Assembly (NCBI GenBank): GCA_963819635.1
Contig: CAWFWX010000008.1
Location: 26,595-90,594 of the forward strand
Direction of reading: 5' to 3'
Origin: an uncultured Thermoleophilaceae bacterium
Lineage (GTDB): Bacteria; Actinomycetota; Thermoleophilia; Solirubrobacterales; Thermoleophilaceae
DNA: 64,000 nucleotides
Below are positions 51,009 through 60,657 of this stretch, in pieces (position 1 is the first letter of the stretch; the number at the start of each line of letters is the position of its first letter). Position numbers and translations under genes: made by a program. The notes beneath the pieces were generated by a model. The model worked only from the letters and a program-made list of their open reading frames with translations. It had not been told where the DNA came from and did not search any database.

Positions 51009-51832
51009 CGCTTCGCCACCTCGCGCGGCTGGTCGATCAGGAACCGGCGCGCCACGGCGCCGAACTGGCCGGGCGAGTCGGCGTAGCTGTAGTGGCCGGC
51101 CCCTTCGAGGACCACCAGGCCGGCGTCCGGGATCAGCTCCTCCATTCGCTTGCCCATCCAGAGCGGCGTGTCGTCGTCCTGCTCGCCCCAGACTAGGAGC
51201 GTCGAGGCGCGGATTCGCGGCAGCCGGTTGGTGAGGTTCGCCGCGACCACCGCCCGGAACGTGCCGCGCATATTCTCGGAAGCCTCGAGATAGTCACGCG
51301 ATGCCACCCGGGCGCGCATGCGCTCCTGCAGGCGGCGGCCGGGCGATCCGCCGGCGGCCCCCACCAGCCGGCCCAGCTTCGCGACCGCGACCCTGCGCCG
51401 GTAGCGCCAGCCGCGTCGCGGCGGAATGCCCGCTGAGTCCACGAGCAGCAGCCGCCCGACGCGCTCGGGCTCGTCGGCGGCCAGCGCGATCGAGACGCGC
51501 CCGCCGTGTGAGTGGCCGACCAGGTGGGCGCGCTCGACGCCCAGCTCGTCGAGGAAATGGATCATGAAGCGGGCGTAGGCGTCCACGTCCCACGCCCGGT
51601 CGGGCGGGTCGCTGTCGCCGAAGCCGGGCAGGTCGAGCGCGATCAGCTCGGAGGCGCCCTCCAGCGCCGAGAGGATGGGGCCGACGGCCTCGATGTGCGC
51701 TCCCCAGCCGTGCAGGATCACGATCGGGAGGTCGCCGGGCGGGGCGTCGGACGCCTTCCGCCTCACGTAGCGCACCTTCTGCGCGCCGACCTGCACGGTC
51801 TGGCCGTCCTCTAGTTTCGCGGAGGCGAGCAT
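51005..51832 (-). CDS. alpha/beta hydrolase
   Basis: ATG 51832. IVILHGWG, LVGHSHGG nucleophile elbow, GAGHYSY. Its stop overlaps the Mur-ligase start. Confidence 0.7.
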   Translation of the reverse strand: MLASAKLEDGQTVQVGAQKVRYVRRKASDAPPGDLPIVILHGWGAHIEAVGPILSALEGASELIALDLPGFGDSDPPDRAWDVDAYARFMIHFLDELGVERAHLVGHSHGGRVSIALAADEPERVGRLLLVDSAGIPPRRGWRYRRRVAVAKLGRLVGAAGGSPGRRLQERMRARVASRDYLEASENMRGTFRAVVAANLTNRLPRIRASTLLVWGEQDDDTPLWMGKRMEELIPDAGLVVLEGAGHYSYADSPGQFGAVARRFLIDQPREVAKR

Positions 51833-51844
51833 GCGGTTGCGAGT

Positions 51845-52930
51845 ATGAAGATAGGCATCGTTGGCATGCCGAACGCGGGGAAGTCCTCGCTGTTCAACGC
51901 GCTCACGCGCGCTGGGGCACAGGCCGCGAACTACCCGTTCACGACGGTCGAGCCGAACGTCGCCGTTGTCGGGGTCCCCGACGATCGCCTCGAGCAGGTG
52001 GCCGCGACGGTCGGCGCGCGGCCGGTCGTGCACGAGACGATCCAGTTCCACGACATCGCCGGCCTCGTGCGCGGCGCGCACCAGGGCGAGGGGCTCGGCA
52101 ACAAGTTCCTGGCGAACATTCGCGAGACGGACGCGATCCTGCACGTGGTCCGCGTCCACGACGACCCGCAGGTCGTCCACCCAGAGGGCCGCGTGGACCC
52201 GCTCGCGGACGTCGAGGCGATCGAGACGGAGCTGCTGTACGCGGACCTCGAGCAGGCGGAGCGGCGCCTCGAGCGGGTGTCGAAGCAGGCGAAGTCGCTC
52301 GACAAGGTGGCGGTGGCCGAGGAGAGGTGGCTGGCCCAGGTCGTCGAGGCATTGAAGGAGGGCCGCGCCGTTCGGACCGTTCCCGAGCCACCGGGCGCCC
52401 CCGGAGCCGCGATTCGACTCTCCGCCCTCACTTCAAAGCCCGTCCTCTATGTGGCCAATGTCGCCGAGGGGGAGCCGCTCGAGCCCCCGCCGGAGCTGGT
52501 CGCCTACGCGGAGGAGCGGGACGCGCGCGCGACCGCGGTCAGCGCACGCCTCGACGCCGAGCTCTCGGAGCTCGACGAGGACGAGGCCTCGGCGATGAGG
52601 GAGGAGCTCGGAGTGGCCGAGTCGGGTCTGGAGACGGTCATCCGCGAGGCCTTCGAGCTGCTTCACCTGATCCAGTTCTTCACCGGCGGGCAGGACAAGG
52701 AGGCGCGCGCCTGGGCGATCCCGCGCGGCACCCGCGCCCGCTCGGCGGCCGGGGCGATCCACACGGACATGGAGCGCGGCTTCGTCGCCGCGGAGGTGAC
52801 CCCGTGGCGGGACCTGGTCGACGCGGGCGGCTACACCGCGGCCCGCGAGCGCGCCCTGACGCGCGTCGAGGGGCGCGATTACGTGATGCAGGACGGGGAC
52901 GTTGTGACGTTCCGCTTCACGCCGAGCTGA
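51845..52930 (+). CDS. ychF: redox-regulated ATPase YchF
   Basis: GIVGMPNAGKSSLFNALT, NYPFTTVEPN, DIAGLVRGAHQGEGLGNKFL, C-terminal TGS-like GDVVTFRF. Confidence 0.9.
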   Translation: MKIGIVGMPNAGKSSLFNALTRAGAQAANYPFTTVEPNVAVVGVPDDRLEQVAATVGARPVVHETIQFHDIAGLVRGAHQGEGLGNKFLANIRETDAILHVVRVHDDPQVVHPEGRVDPLADVEAIETELLYADLEQAERRLERVSKQAKSLDKVAVAEERWLAQVVEALKEGRAVRTVPEPPGAPGAAIRLSALTSKPVLYVANVAEGEPLEPPPELVAYAEERDARATAVSARLDAELSELDEDEASAMREELGVAESGLETVIREAFELLHLIQFFTGGQDKEARAWAIPRGTRARSAAGAIHTDMERGFVAAEVTPWRDLVDAGGYTAARERALTRVEGRDYVMQDGDVVTFRFTPS

Positions 52931-52973
52931 GGGCTCGTTGCATTGAGGCGTGGCCCGGGCGACCCGTCTCCGT

Positions 52974-53018
52974 GGTGCCACGAGTTATCCATGACAGTCA
53001 TGGGTTTCTCGTGGCACC
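52974..53018. repeat. 45-bp nested palindrome, copy B (GGTGCCACGAGTTATCCATGACAGTCATGGGTTTCTCGTGGCACC)
   Basis: The reverse complement matches copy A (26867-26911) except the central base and the second 4-5-nt internal loop. It lies 44 nt downstream of the ychF stop and upstream of the GlxA-type regulator. Confidence 0.85.
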
Positions 53019-53091
53019 GTCCCCAGCGGGTGGCAGAAATCGTCCGGTTTGTGCCCTTGCGGCCATGGCCGCCGGGGCGGATTATGGGTTC

Positions 53092-54048
53092 ATGCGCCGC
53101 GTTGTCATCGTCGTCTACCCCGGGGTCCAGACGCTCGATGTCACCGGCCCGGCCGAGGTGCTGCGTGCGGCGAGCCTGCTCCGGCCACCGGGCTACGAGG
53201 TGATCGTGGCGGCCACGCAGGCGGGGCCGCTCGCCACCTCCACCGTGTCTTTCGTCCCGGATGCGCGCCTGGATCAAGTCCACGGCCCGATCGACACGCT
53301 CATCGTCGCGGGCGGCCATGGCGCACGGCGCGCGGAGAGCCATCCGTGGCTCACGGATTGGATCGCCGAGGCCGCCACCCGCTCGCGCCGGGTTGCGTCC
53401 GTGTGCACCGGCGCCTTCCTGCTCGCACGGGCCGGCGTCCTCGACGGCCGCCGCGCGACCACCCACTGGGCGAGCTGTGCCGAGCTCGCGCGGCGCTTCC
53501 CGGCGGTCTCGGTCGACCCGCAGCCGATCTTCGTGCGCGACGGCAACGTGGCCACCTCGGCCGGGGTGACGGCAGGCATGGACCTGGCGCTCGCTCTCGT
53601 GGAGGAGGACCTCGGGCGCGAGGTCGCGCTCGAGGCGGCTCGCCACCTCGTCGTGTTCCTCCAGCGCCCCGGCGGCCAGGCGCAGTTCAGCGCGCAGCTG
53701 GCGACGCAGGTCGCCGACCGAGCGCCGCTGCGCGAGCTCCAGGCATGGATCCCGGACCACCTCGCCGAGGACCTGACCGTGCCGGCCCTCGCCCGGCGCG
53801 CCTTCATGAGCGACCGCAACTTCGCGCGCGCCTTCCGCCGCGAGACCGGCATGACGCCCGGGGCCTACGTGGAGAGCGCTCGCGTCGAGCGCGCCCGGAT
53901 CGCCCTCGAGACGGGCGATCTTCCCGTCGAGGCGATCGCCGGGCAGGCCGGCTTCGGCACCGTCGAGACGATGCGCCGCGCGTTCCGCCGGCGGGTCGGG
54001 GTGAGCCCGGCCGACTACAGGACCCGATTCCGGAGGCAGGCAGCATGA
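53092..54048 (+). CDS. GlxA-family transcriptional regulator (DJ-1/PfpI domain + AraC HTH)
   Basis: VASVCTGAFLLARAGVLDGRRATTHW, then the AraC tail LARRAFMSDRNFARAFRRETGMTPGAYV...AGFGTVETMRRAFRR. Confidence 0.8.
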   Translation: MRRVVIVVYPGVQTLDVTGPAEVLRAASLLRPPGYEVIVAATQAGPLATSTVSFVPDARLDQVHGPIDTLIVAGGHGARRAESHPWLTDWIAEAATRSRRVASVCTGAFLLARAGVLDGRRATTHWASCAELARRFPAVSVDPQPIFVRDGNVATSAGVTAGMDLALALVEEDLGREVALEAARHLVVFLQRPGGQAQFSAQLATQVADRAPLRELQAWIPDHLAEDLTVPALARRAFMSDRNFARAFRRETGMTPGAYVESARVERARIALETGDLPVEAIAGQAGFGTVETMRRAFRRRVGVSPADYRTRFRRQAA

Positions 54049-54677
54049 GAATCGCCATACCGCTCTACGACCGCTTCACCGCGCTGGACGCCGTCGGCCC
54101 CTACGAGGTGCTCGCGCGGCTCCCCGGCGCCGCCGTGACCTGGCTGGCGCACGAGCCGGGCGTCGTGAGGAACGACAACGGCATGCTCGGCATCGAGGCG
54201 CAGGCCGCCTACGAGGACCTGCCGGATCCGGACATCGTGCTGGTCCCGGGCGGGACTGGAACGAACGACTTCCTGGAGGACGAGCGCCTCGTCGGCTGGA
54301 TCCGGCGCGCCCACGAGACCTCCCAGTGGACCACCTCCGTCTGCACCGGATCGCTCCTGCTCGGGGCCGCGGGCGTGCTCGACGGGCTCGAGGCGACCAG
54401 CCACTGGCTCGACCTCCCGGAGCTCGAGCGCTACGGCGCGCGCCCGACCGGGCGCAGAGTGGTCGAGCAGGGCAAGGTGATCACCGCCGCGGGCGTCTCG
54501 TCTGGAATCGACATGGGACTGGTGCTCGCCGCCAAGATCGCCGGCCCGGAGATCGCCAAGGCGATCCAGCTCGGCATCGAATACGACCCGCAGCCACCCT
54601 TCGACGCCGGCTCGGTCGACAAGGCGCCGAAGGAGACCGTCGAGCTGGTCCGCAGCATCGCCGCGGCTCGCACCTGA
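54045..54677 (+). CDS. DJ-1/PfpI family protein
   Basis: TSVCTGSLLLGAAGVLDGLEATSHW, AAGVSSGIDMGL. The start overlaps the regulator stop. Confidence 0.75.
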   Translation: MRIAIPLYDRFTALDAVGPYEVLARLPGAAVTWLAHEPGVVRNDNGMLGIEAQAAYEDLPDPDIVLVPGGTGTNDFLEDERLVGWIRRAHETSQWTTSVCTGSLLLGAAGVLDGLEATSHWLDLPELERYGARPTGRRVVEQGKVITAAGVSSGIDMGLVLAAKIAGPEIAKAIQLGIEYDPQPPFDAGSVDKAPKETVELVRSIAAART

Positions 54678-54685
54678 GCGGGCGG

Positions 54686-56059
54686 CTAGCGCACGCGCAC
54701 GACGGGACCCGTGACCGCGCCGTAACGAACGCGGTACACGCCTGCCATCGCCAGCGGGACGCGATAGCGCCCGGAGCGTGACGTGCGAGCACGGGTGACC
54801 AGGCGGAAGCGGCCGGCGGCACCGCGGCGCTCGACCCGGAGCACGTGCTTGCGCGGCGCCGGCTGGAGCTGGCCCGAGATGCTGCGGAGCGGCGGACGCG
54901 GTCCCCAGCTCGCCGGCCGCGCCGAGCGCGAACGCCGCGCCGAGCTCGCCACGCGGTAGTGCGTGAACCACGTGTCGCGCAGGCCGAGCGCCGCGCGGAC
55001 CTGCGGCCCCGTCACCGTGCGCGTGCCGGCGGAGCCGACCACCTGGGCGCGCACCACACGCGGCGACACGCCGCGCTGGAGCACCTTCAGCCGCTTGAAG
55101 GCGCCGGGCGCGCCGAGGGCTCGATCGAGCCGCGCCGCCGAGAAGCTGAGCGTCCAGCGGTGGTAGGGCGACTGGGTGTCGTACGGGTCGGGCACGCCCA
55201 CGAGCCACGGCTTCGACAGCGACCCGACGAACGAGAACTCCACGTTCTCGGTGTGACCGCCGGAGGTCGAGAAGTAATAGGTCACGGCCGGCGCGCCGCC
55301 GTAGGTGACGATCTGCCCGGAGGTTGCGCTCACCGCAGGGTCGCTTCGCACGCTCTCCCCGGTCACGCCGCGGTAGACCTGCGAGCGCGTATCGGGGTAC
55401 TGGTCGAAGAGGCCGGACGTCTTGCGCGTGGCGAGCGCGTACGTCCGGGCCGCCACCGCCTGCACCTTCAGCGCCTCGAGCGGCCACGTGCTGGGCATCT
55501 CGCCGGCCACCACTCCGCGCAGGTAGCTGTCCATGTCGAGCTCGTTGACGGCGGTCACGCCGCCGCCGTCCAGGCTCACCTCGATCGATCCGCGATAGAG
55601 GCCGCTGGTCACGCCGTTCAGTGCCGGCCCCATCAGCCGCATCGGATCCGCCGAGCGGAACGTCACGTCGCTCGAGGCGAACCGCGCGACGCGCTTGCCG
55701 CTCTCCGTCGTGACCACGATTCCGCCACCGCTGCGCTTCGCGACGTAGAGCCTGCTCGGCCGGACAGCGCGCCCGCCGACCGACGTGGCTCCGCGGACGC
55801 GGATGTACGGGTCGACCGGCTGGAGCAGTACGCGAACCGGCCGGCTCGGAGCTGTCGAAAGGCGGGTGCCCTTGTAGTAGTGGGCCAGGATGCCCGGGTA
55901 CTTGGCGCCCTCGAGCGCGTAGCCGTACGCGCCGTACTGGCTCATGCCGATCCCGTGGCCGAACCCCGCGCCGCGGATGACGTGGCGCACGGCGGCATCC
56001 GCCGTGGCGGGCACGGCGAACAGAAGGGCGGCGGCTGTCAGAAGGGCGGTACGGCGCAT
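54686..56059 (-). CDS. SpoIID/LytB domain protein (secreted)
   Basis: Signal peptide. GFGHGIGMSQYGAYGYA, YLRGVVAGEMP, QAVAARTYA, YFSTSGGHTEN. Confidence 0.8.
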   Translation of the reverse strand: MRRTALLTAAALLFAVPATADAAVRHVIRGAGFGHGIGMSQYGAYGYALEGAKYPGILAHYYKGTRLSTAPSRPVRVLLQPVDPYIRVRGATSVGGRAVRPSRLYVAKRSGGGIVVTTESGKRVARFASSDVTFRSADPMRLMGPALNGVTSGLYRGSIEVSLDGGGVTAVNELDMDSYLRGVVAGEMPSTWPLEALKVQAVAARTYALATRKTSGLFDQYPDTRSQVYRGVTGESVRSDPAVSATSGQIVTYGGAPAVTYYFSTSGGHTENVEFSFVGSLSKPWLVGVPDPYDTQSPYHRWTLSFSAARLDRALGAPGAFKRLKVLQRGVSPRVVRAQVVGSAGTRTVTGPQVRAALGLRDTWFTHYRVASSARRSRSARPASWGPRPPLRSISGQLQPAPRKHVLRVERRGAAGRFRLVTRARTSRSGRYRVPLAMAGVYRVRYGAVTGPVVRVR

Positions 56060-56117
56060 TGGGTCCCTGAACTCGACTACGGGTTCAAGGTAGCGGTCGG
56101 TATTCCGGCCAACTTCT

Positions 56118-57443
56118 TTAATTGGCGGCGTAGAGGCGCCACTCTCCGGGCACGCCTCGCAATTCGCGCTGGCCCCGGTCCTCGAAGTCGATCCCGGATC
56201 CCACCACGAGGTCCTTGACCGTGCCGGAGACGAGCACCTCGTTTGGCGCGGCTGCGCTCATCACGCGCGACGCGATGTGCACGGCAAGCCCGCCCACGTC
56301 GCCGTCCATCACCTCGAGCTCGCCGGTGTGGAGGCCGGCACGGATCTGGAGGCCGAGCGACCCCATCGCGTCGGCGAGCGACGCCGCGCAGCGGATCGCG
56401 CGGGCGGGGCCGTCGAACGTGGCGAGGAAGCCGTCGCCCGTGCGCTTCACCTCGCGCCCGCGGTGGCGGTCGAGCGCCTGGCGAAAGAGCGCGTCGTGGC
56501 GCTCCAGGAGGAAGCGCCAGCCGCGGTCGCCCATCTCGGCGGCGCGCGCGGTCGATTCGCAGATGTCGGTGAACAGGACCGTCGCGAGCATCCGGTCCGG
56601 CTCGCGCTCGTGCCTCGTGCCCGTGAGGAACTCCTCGATCTCGCCGCTGATGGCCTCGCTGTCGCCGATCGAGAACATGTTCTCGTCGCCCTCCAGCTCC
56701 ACGTAGCGCGCGCCCGGCACCTTCGAGGCGATGTAGCGCGAGTGCTCGACCTTGATGAAGCCGTCGTCCGCCCGGTGCATGACGAGCGTCGGTACCCGGA
56801 TCGATGGCAGCACGTCGCGGACGTCGAACTCGCCGATCAGGTCGAAGATGCGGCGGATCGTCCCCGGACTGGCGGCCAGGCGCTCGAGTCGCCCGGCCCA
56901 CTCCATGAAGCCCGGCTCCCCGCGCTGGCTCGGCGCGACCGCCGACGCAATCAGCCCCTCGCCCCAGTGTTCGACGAGCGCGTCCATCTCCTGGTTGCGG
57001 CGCTCGGCGGTCCACGCCCAGTCGTAGTCGGGCGCCCAGATCGCGCGCGCGAAGGTGGCGTAGAGCACGAGCGCGCTCGTGCGGTCGGGGTGCGTCGCGG
57101 CGAACAGAGCCGCCATCGGGCCGCCCTCCAACGTCCCGCAGATCGCCGCGCGCTCTGACCCGGCGGCGTCCATCACGGCCAGGACGTCGTCCATCTGCTC
57201 CTCGAGCGTCGGCGCGCCGAGGAACGGGTCCGAGAGCCCGGACCCGCGGCGGTCGAACGTAATCAGCCTGGAGAACTGCGTGAGCCGCTGGCCGAACCGC
57301 TCCAACGACGGCTCGGCCCAGAGATACTCCACGTGGGAGATCCACGGCGGTATCCAGACCAGGTCGATCGGCCCGTCGCCCTCCACGGCGTAGGCGATAT
57401 GGAGGTCACCGCTCTTCGCGTAGCGCGCCACGGGTGCCACCAA
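56118..57443 (-). CDS. alpha/beta-hydrolase / class III adenylate-guanylate cyclase fusion
   Basis: N-terminal hydrolase fold (FDRRGSGLSD). C-terminal ATVLFTDICESTARAAEMGD...KRTGDGFLATFDGPARAI...IRAGLHTGE. Confidence 0.8.
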   Translation of the reverse strand: MVAPVARYAKSGDLHIAYAVEGDGPIDLVWIPPWISHVEYLWAEPSLERFGQRLTQFSRLITFDRRGSGLSDPFLGAPTLEEQMDDVLAVMDAAGSERAAICGTLEGGPMAALFAATHPDRTSALVLYATFARAIWAPDYDWAWTAERRNQEMDALVEHWGEGLIASAVAPSQRGEPGFMEWAGRLERLAASPGTIRRIFDLIGEFDVRDVLPSIRVPTLVMHRADDGFIKVEHSRYIASKVPGARYVELEGDENMFSIGDSEAISGEIEEFLTGTRHEREPDRMLATVLFTDICESTARAAEMGDRGWRFLLERHDALFRQALDRHRGREVKRTGDGFLATFDGPARAIRCAASLADAMGSLGLQIRAGLHTGELEVMDGDVGGLAVHIASRVMSAAAPNEVLVSGTVKDLVVGSGIDFEDRGQRELRGVPGEWRLYAAN

Positions 57444-57466
57444 GCGGACGTTACAGTCAGAGCGCG

Positions 57467-59110
57467 GTGGCCAAGCGCAAAGCCAGCGACGTCTTCGTCG
57501 AGTGCCTCGAGGCCGAGGGCGTGAAGCACGTCTTCGGGATTCCGGGCGAGGAGACGCTCGACCTGAACGACTCGCTGTCGCGCTCCTCGGTCGAGTTCGT
57601 GCCGGTTCGCCACGAGCAGGGCGGCGCCTACATGGCCGACGTCTGGGGGCGCCTCACCGGGCGCGCCGGCGTCTGCCTCGGGACGCTCGGCCCGGGCGCG
57701 CTGAACCTCGTGACCGCGGTGGCGGACGCATACCTCGACCGAGCGCCGCTCGTGGCCCTCACCGGCCAGGGGGACCTCGAGCGGATGCACAAGGAGTCGC
57801 ACCAGTACATCGACGTGCCGCGCGTCATGCGGCCGATCACGAAGTGGAACGCGCGCGTGGCCGACGCGGCGATCATCCCGGAGGTGGTCCGCAAGGCGTT
57901 CAAGGTCGCGGAGACCGAGAAGCCGGGCGCCACGCACATCGAGCTGCCCGAGGACGTGATGGCAACGGAGGTCGACGCCGAGCCGCTGCCGCGCCGGCGC
58001 TCTGTCCAGCCGGAGCCGGCGGCGCGCGAGCTCCTCCGCGCGGCCGAGATGGTGCGGGGAGCCGTGCAGCCCGTGGCGCTGGCCGGCAACGGCGTGATCC
58101 GGGCGAAGGCGGCGCCCGCCCTGCGCGAGTTCGTGCGCGCCACGGGCATCCCCGTGGCCGAGACCTTCATGGGCAAGGGCCTGCTGCCCCCCGACAACCC
58201 GAAGGCGCTCGGGTCGGTCGGGCTCCAGTCGGGCGACTACAACATGGCCGGCTTCGACGACGCGGACGTGGTGCTCGCCATCGGCTATGACCTCGTCGAG
58301 CACTCGCCGGAGCACTGGAACCCGGGGCGCGACAAGAAGGTCATCTGCATCGACTCGGTCCCGGCCGAGACGGACGCCTACTTCATGCCCGAGGTCGAGC
58401 TGATCGGCGACATCTACACCATCCTCACCCGGCTGGGCGAGGAGTGCAGGCACGTGCCACACCAAGGCGGGTCGCAGCGGCTGCGCGACGTCGTCCTGGG
58501 GCGGTTCGAGCAGGCGAAGGACGACGACGCCTTCCCCGTGCAGCCGCCGCGCGCACTCTGGGAGATCCGCCAGGCGCTGGGGCGCGAGGACATCCTGATC
58601 TCGGACGTCGGCCTCCACAAGCTCTGGATCGGGCGGATGTTCCCGGCCTACGAGCCGAACACCGTGCTGATCGCCAACGGCCTGGCCGGGATGGGCTTCG
58701 CCGTCCCGGCGGCGGTGGCCGCGAAGCTCGTGCATCCGGACCGCAACGTCGTGACCGTGAACGGCGACGGCGGCTTCCTCATGAACTGCCAGGAGCTCGA
58801 GACCGCGGTGCGCATCGGCACGCCGTTCGTGAACGTGATCTGGGAGAACAGCCAGTACGGCTCGATCGTGTGGAAGCAGGACAAGAAGTTCGGTCGCCAC
58901 TTCGGCACCGACTTCACGAACCCCGACTTCGTGAAGCTCGCGGAGGGCTTCGGGATGGCGGCCTGGCGCTGCGAGTCCGCCGACGACTTCGGCGAGCGCC
59001 TCAGGCACGCCCTGACGCTGGACACGCCGTCGCTCATCGTGCTGCCGATCGACTACTCGATCGACGTGGCCATATCTGAGGAACTGGGAACGGAGACTGT
59101 TGCGACATGA
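57467..59110 (+). CDS. thiamine-diphosphate enzyme, acetolactate synthase (AlsS-like) large subunit (the ORF opens at 57434)
   Basis: ASDVFVECLEAEGVKHVFGIPGEE, HEQGGAYMADVWGRLTG, GPGALNLVT, GLAGMGFAVPAAVAAK, NGDGGFLMN. Confidence 0.7.
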   Translation: MAKRKASDVFVECLEAEGVKHVFGIPGEETLDLNDSLSRSSVEFVPVRHEQGGAYMADVWGRLTGRAGVCLGTLGPGALNLVTAVADAYLDRAPLVALTGQGDLERMHKESHQYIDVPRVMRPITKWNARVADAAIIPEVVRKAFKVAETEKPGATHIELPEDVMATEVDAEPLPRRRSVQPEPAARELLRAAEMVRGAVQPVALAGNGVIRAKAAPALREFVRATGIPVAETFMGKGLLPPDNPKALGSVGLQSGDYNMAGFDDADVVLAIGYDLVEHSPEHWNPGRDKKVICIDSVPAETDAYFMPEVELIGDIYTILTRLGEECRHVPHQGGSQRLRDVVLGRFEQAKDDDAFPVQPPRALWEIRQALGREDILISDVGLHKLWIGRMFPAYEPNTVLIANGLAGMGFAVPAAVAAKLVHPDRNVVTVNGDGGFLMNCQELETAVRIGTPFVNVIWENSQYGSIVWKQDKKFGRHFGTDFTNPDFVKLAEGFGMAAWRCESADDFGERLRHALTLDTPSLIVLPIDYSIDVAISEELGTETVAT

Positions 59111-60573
59111 GCATCGCCACTGAGGAACAGCAGGTAGTCGAGAAGGTCCAGAACAAGCTCTACATCGGGGGCGAGTGGCGCGACGCCGGCGGTGGCGGCA
59201 CGCTCGAGGTGATCGACCCGGCGACCGAGGAGCCGCTCGTCGAGGTGGCCGACGGCACGCCCGAGGACGCCATGGCGGCGCTCGACGCGGCGGTGGAAAC
59301 CCAGAAGGAATGGGGAGATTCGGCCCCGAACGATCGCGCCGGCGTGCTCTGGAAGGCATTCGAGCTGCTGATGGAGCGGGCCGACGACCTGGCCACGCTC
59401 ATGACGCTCGAGATGGGCAAGCCGGTGGCGGAGTCGAAGGCCGAGATCGTCTATGCGGCCGACTTCTTCCGCTGGTACTCGGGCGAGGCGCTGCGGATCG
59501 ACGGGAACTACAAGCAGTTCGCGAACGGCACGAGCAGGGTGCTGGTGATGAAGCAGCCGGTCGGGCCCACGCTGATGATCACGCCCTGGAACTTCCCGAT
59601 GGCGATGGGCACGCGAAAGCTCGGCCCCGCGATCGCGGCCGGCTGCACCAGCGTCGTGAAGCCGGCCCAGCAGACGCCGCTCTCGATGCTCGCGCTGGCG
59701 CAGATCCTCGAGGAGGCCGGGCTTCCGGGCGGCGTGGTCAACATCCTCACGACGTCCTCCTCGGGCAAGACGACAGGACCGCTGATCGAGGACGGCCGGT
59801 TGCGGAAGCTGTCCTTCACCGGATCCACCGAGGTCGGGCGCTCGCTCATCGAGGCGTCGGCCAAGAACGTCCTGAACGTGTCGATGGAGCTGGGCGGCAA
59901 TGCGCCCTTCCTCATCTTCGAGGACGCCGACCTCGACGCCGCCGTCGACGGCGCGCTGCTGGCGAAGATGCGCAACATCGGCGAGGCCTGCACGTCGGCA
60001 AACCGCTTCCACGTGGCCGAGCCGATCCGCGAGGAGTTCACGAAGCGGCTCGCGGACAGGATGGGCTCGCTGAAGATCGGGCGCGGCACCGAGGAGGACG
60101 TGAAGGTCGGGCCGCTGATCGACGAGCCCTCCCGCGAGAAGGTGAAGGAGCTGATCGAGGACGCCCTGTCGAAGGGGGCGAAGACGGTCGTCGGCGGCCA
60201 GATCCCCGACGGGCGCGGCTACTTCATCGAGCCCACCGTGCTCGGCGACGTGCCGGACGACGCCCGCGTCTTCAGCGAGGAGATCTTCGGCCCGGTGGCG
60301 CCGGTGGGCGGCTTCGACTCCGAGGAGGAGGCGATCGCCCGCGCGAACGACACCGAGTACGGCCTCGTCGCGTACGTCTTCACCCGCGACATCAAGCGGG
60401 CGCTCCGCGTCTGCGAGGGCCTCGACACCGGGATGGTCGGCCTGAACCAGGGCATGGTCTCGAACGCCGGCGCCCCCTTCGGAGGCGTGAAGCAGAGCGG
60501 AATCGGCCGCGAGGGCGGCCACGAGGGCCTCGAGGAGTTCCTCGAGACGAAGTACGTGGCCGTGAACCTCTAA
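59107..60573 (+). CDS. gabD: NAD(P)-dependent succinate-semialdehyde dehydrogenase
   Basis: 488 aa: ITPWNFPMAM, FTGSTEVGR, ELGGNAPFLIF, GEACTSANR, EEIFGPV, GGVKQSGIGREG. Confidence 0.8.
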   Translation: MSIATEEQQVVEKVQNKLYIGGEWRDAGGGGTLEVIDPATEEPLVEVADGTPEDAMAALDAAVETQKEWGDSAPNDRAGVLWKAFELLMERADDLATLMTLEMGKPVAESKAEIVYAADFFRWYSGEALRIDGNYKQFANGTSRVLVMKQPVGPTLMITPWNFPMAMGTRKLGPAIAAGCTSVVKPAQQTPLSMLALAQILEEAGLPGGVVNILTTSSSGKTTGPLIEDGRLRKLSFTGSTEVGRSLIEASAKNVLNVSMELGGNAPFLIFEDADLDAAVDGALLAKMRNIGEACTSANRFHVAEPIREEFTKRLADRMGSLKIGRGTEEDVKVGPLIDEPSREKVKELIEDALSKGAKTVVGGQIPDGRGYFIEPTVLGDVPDDARVFSEEIFGPVAPVGGFDSEEEAIARANDTEYGLVAYVFTRDIKRALRVCEGLDTGMVGLNQGMVSNAGAPFGGVKQSGIGREGGHEGLEEFLETKYVAVNL

Positions 60574-60601
60574 CCCTCAAGGGGTCTGACCCCTTGAGGG
60601 T
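60573..60601. terminator. 29-bp perfect palindrome ACCCTCAAGGGGTC-T-GACCCCTTGAGGGT overlapping the last base of the gabD stop codon (hairpin, no U-tract)
   Basis: 14-bp arms. The core is the same GGGGTC-N-GACCCC element found twice inside hemC. Confidence 0.5.
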
Positions 60602-60657
60602 TCGCAGGATCCTTCCCACCTGTTGCGTCCGTCCGAGGGCGATCCGAGAGTGAAGGT

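Noticed and set aside
56118-57443. Alpha/beta-hydrolase + class III cyclase fusion as a novel architecture
   Set aside because: The same domain order is known from Mycobacterium tuberculosis Rv1900c (LipJ), so it is not new.
60602-60657. Cyclic-di-AMP (ydaO-type) riboswitch upstream of the M23 cell-wall hydrolase
   Set aside because: Only about 55 nt are available after the palindrome, and I could not recognise the conserved ydaO helices. A covariance-model scan would be needed to be sure.
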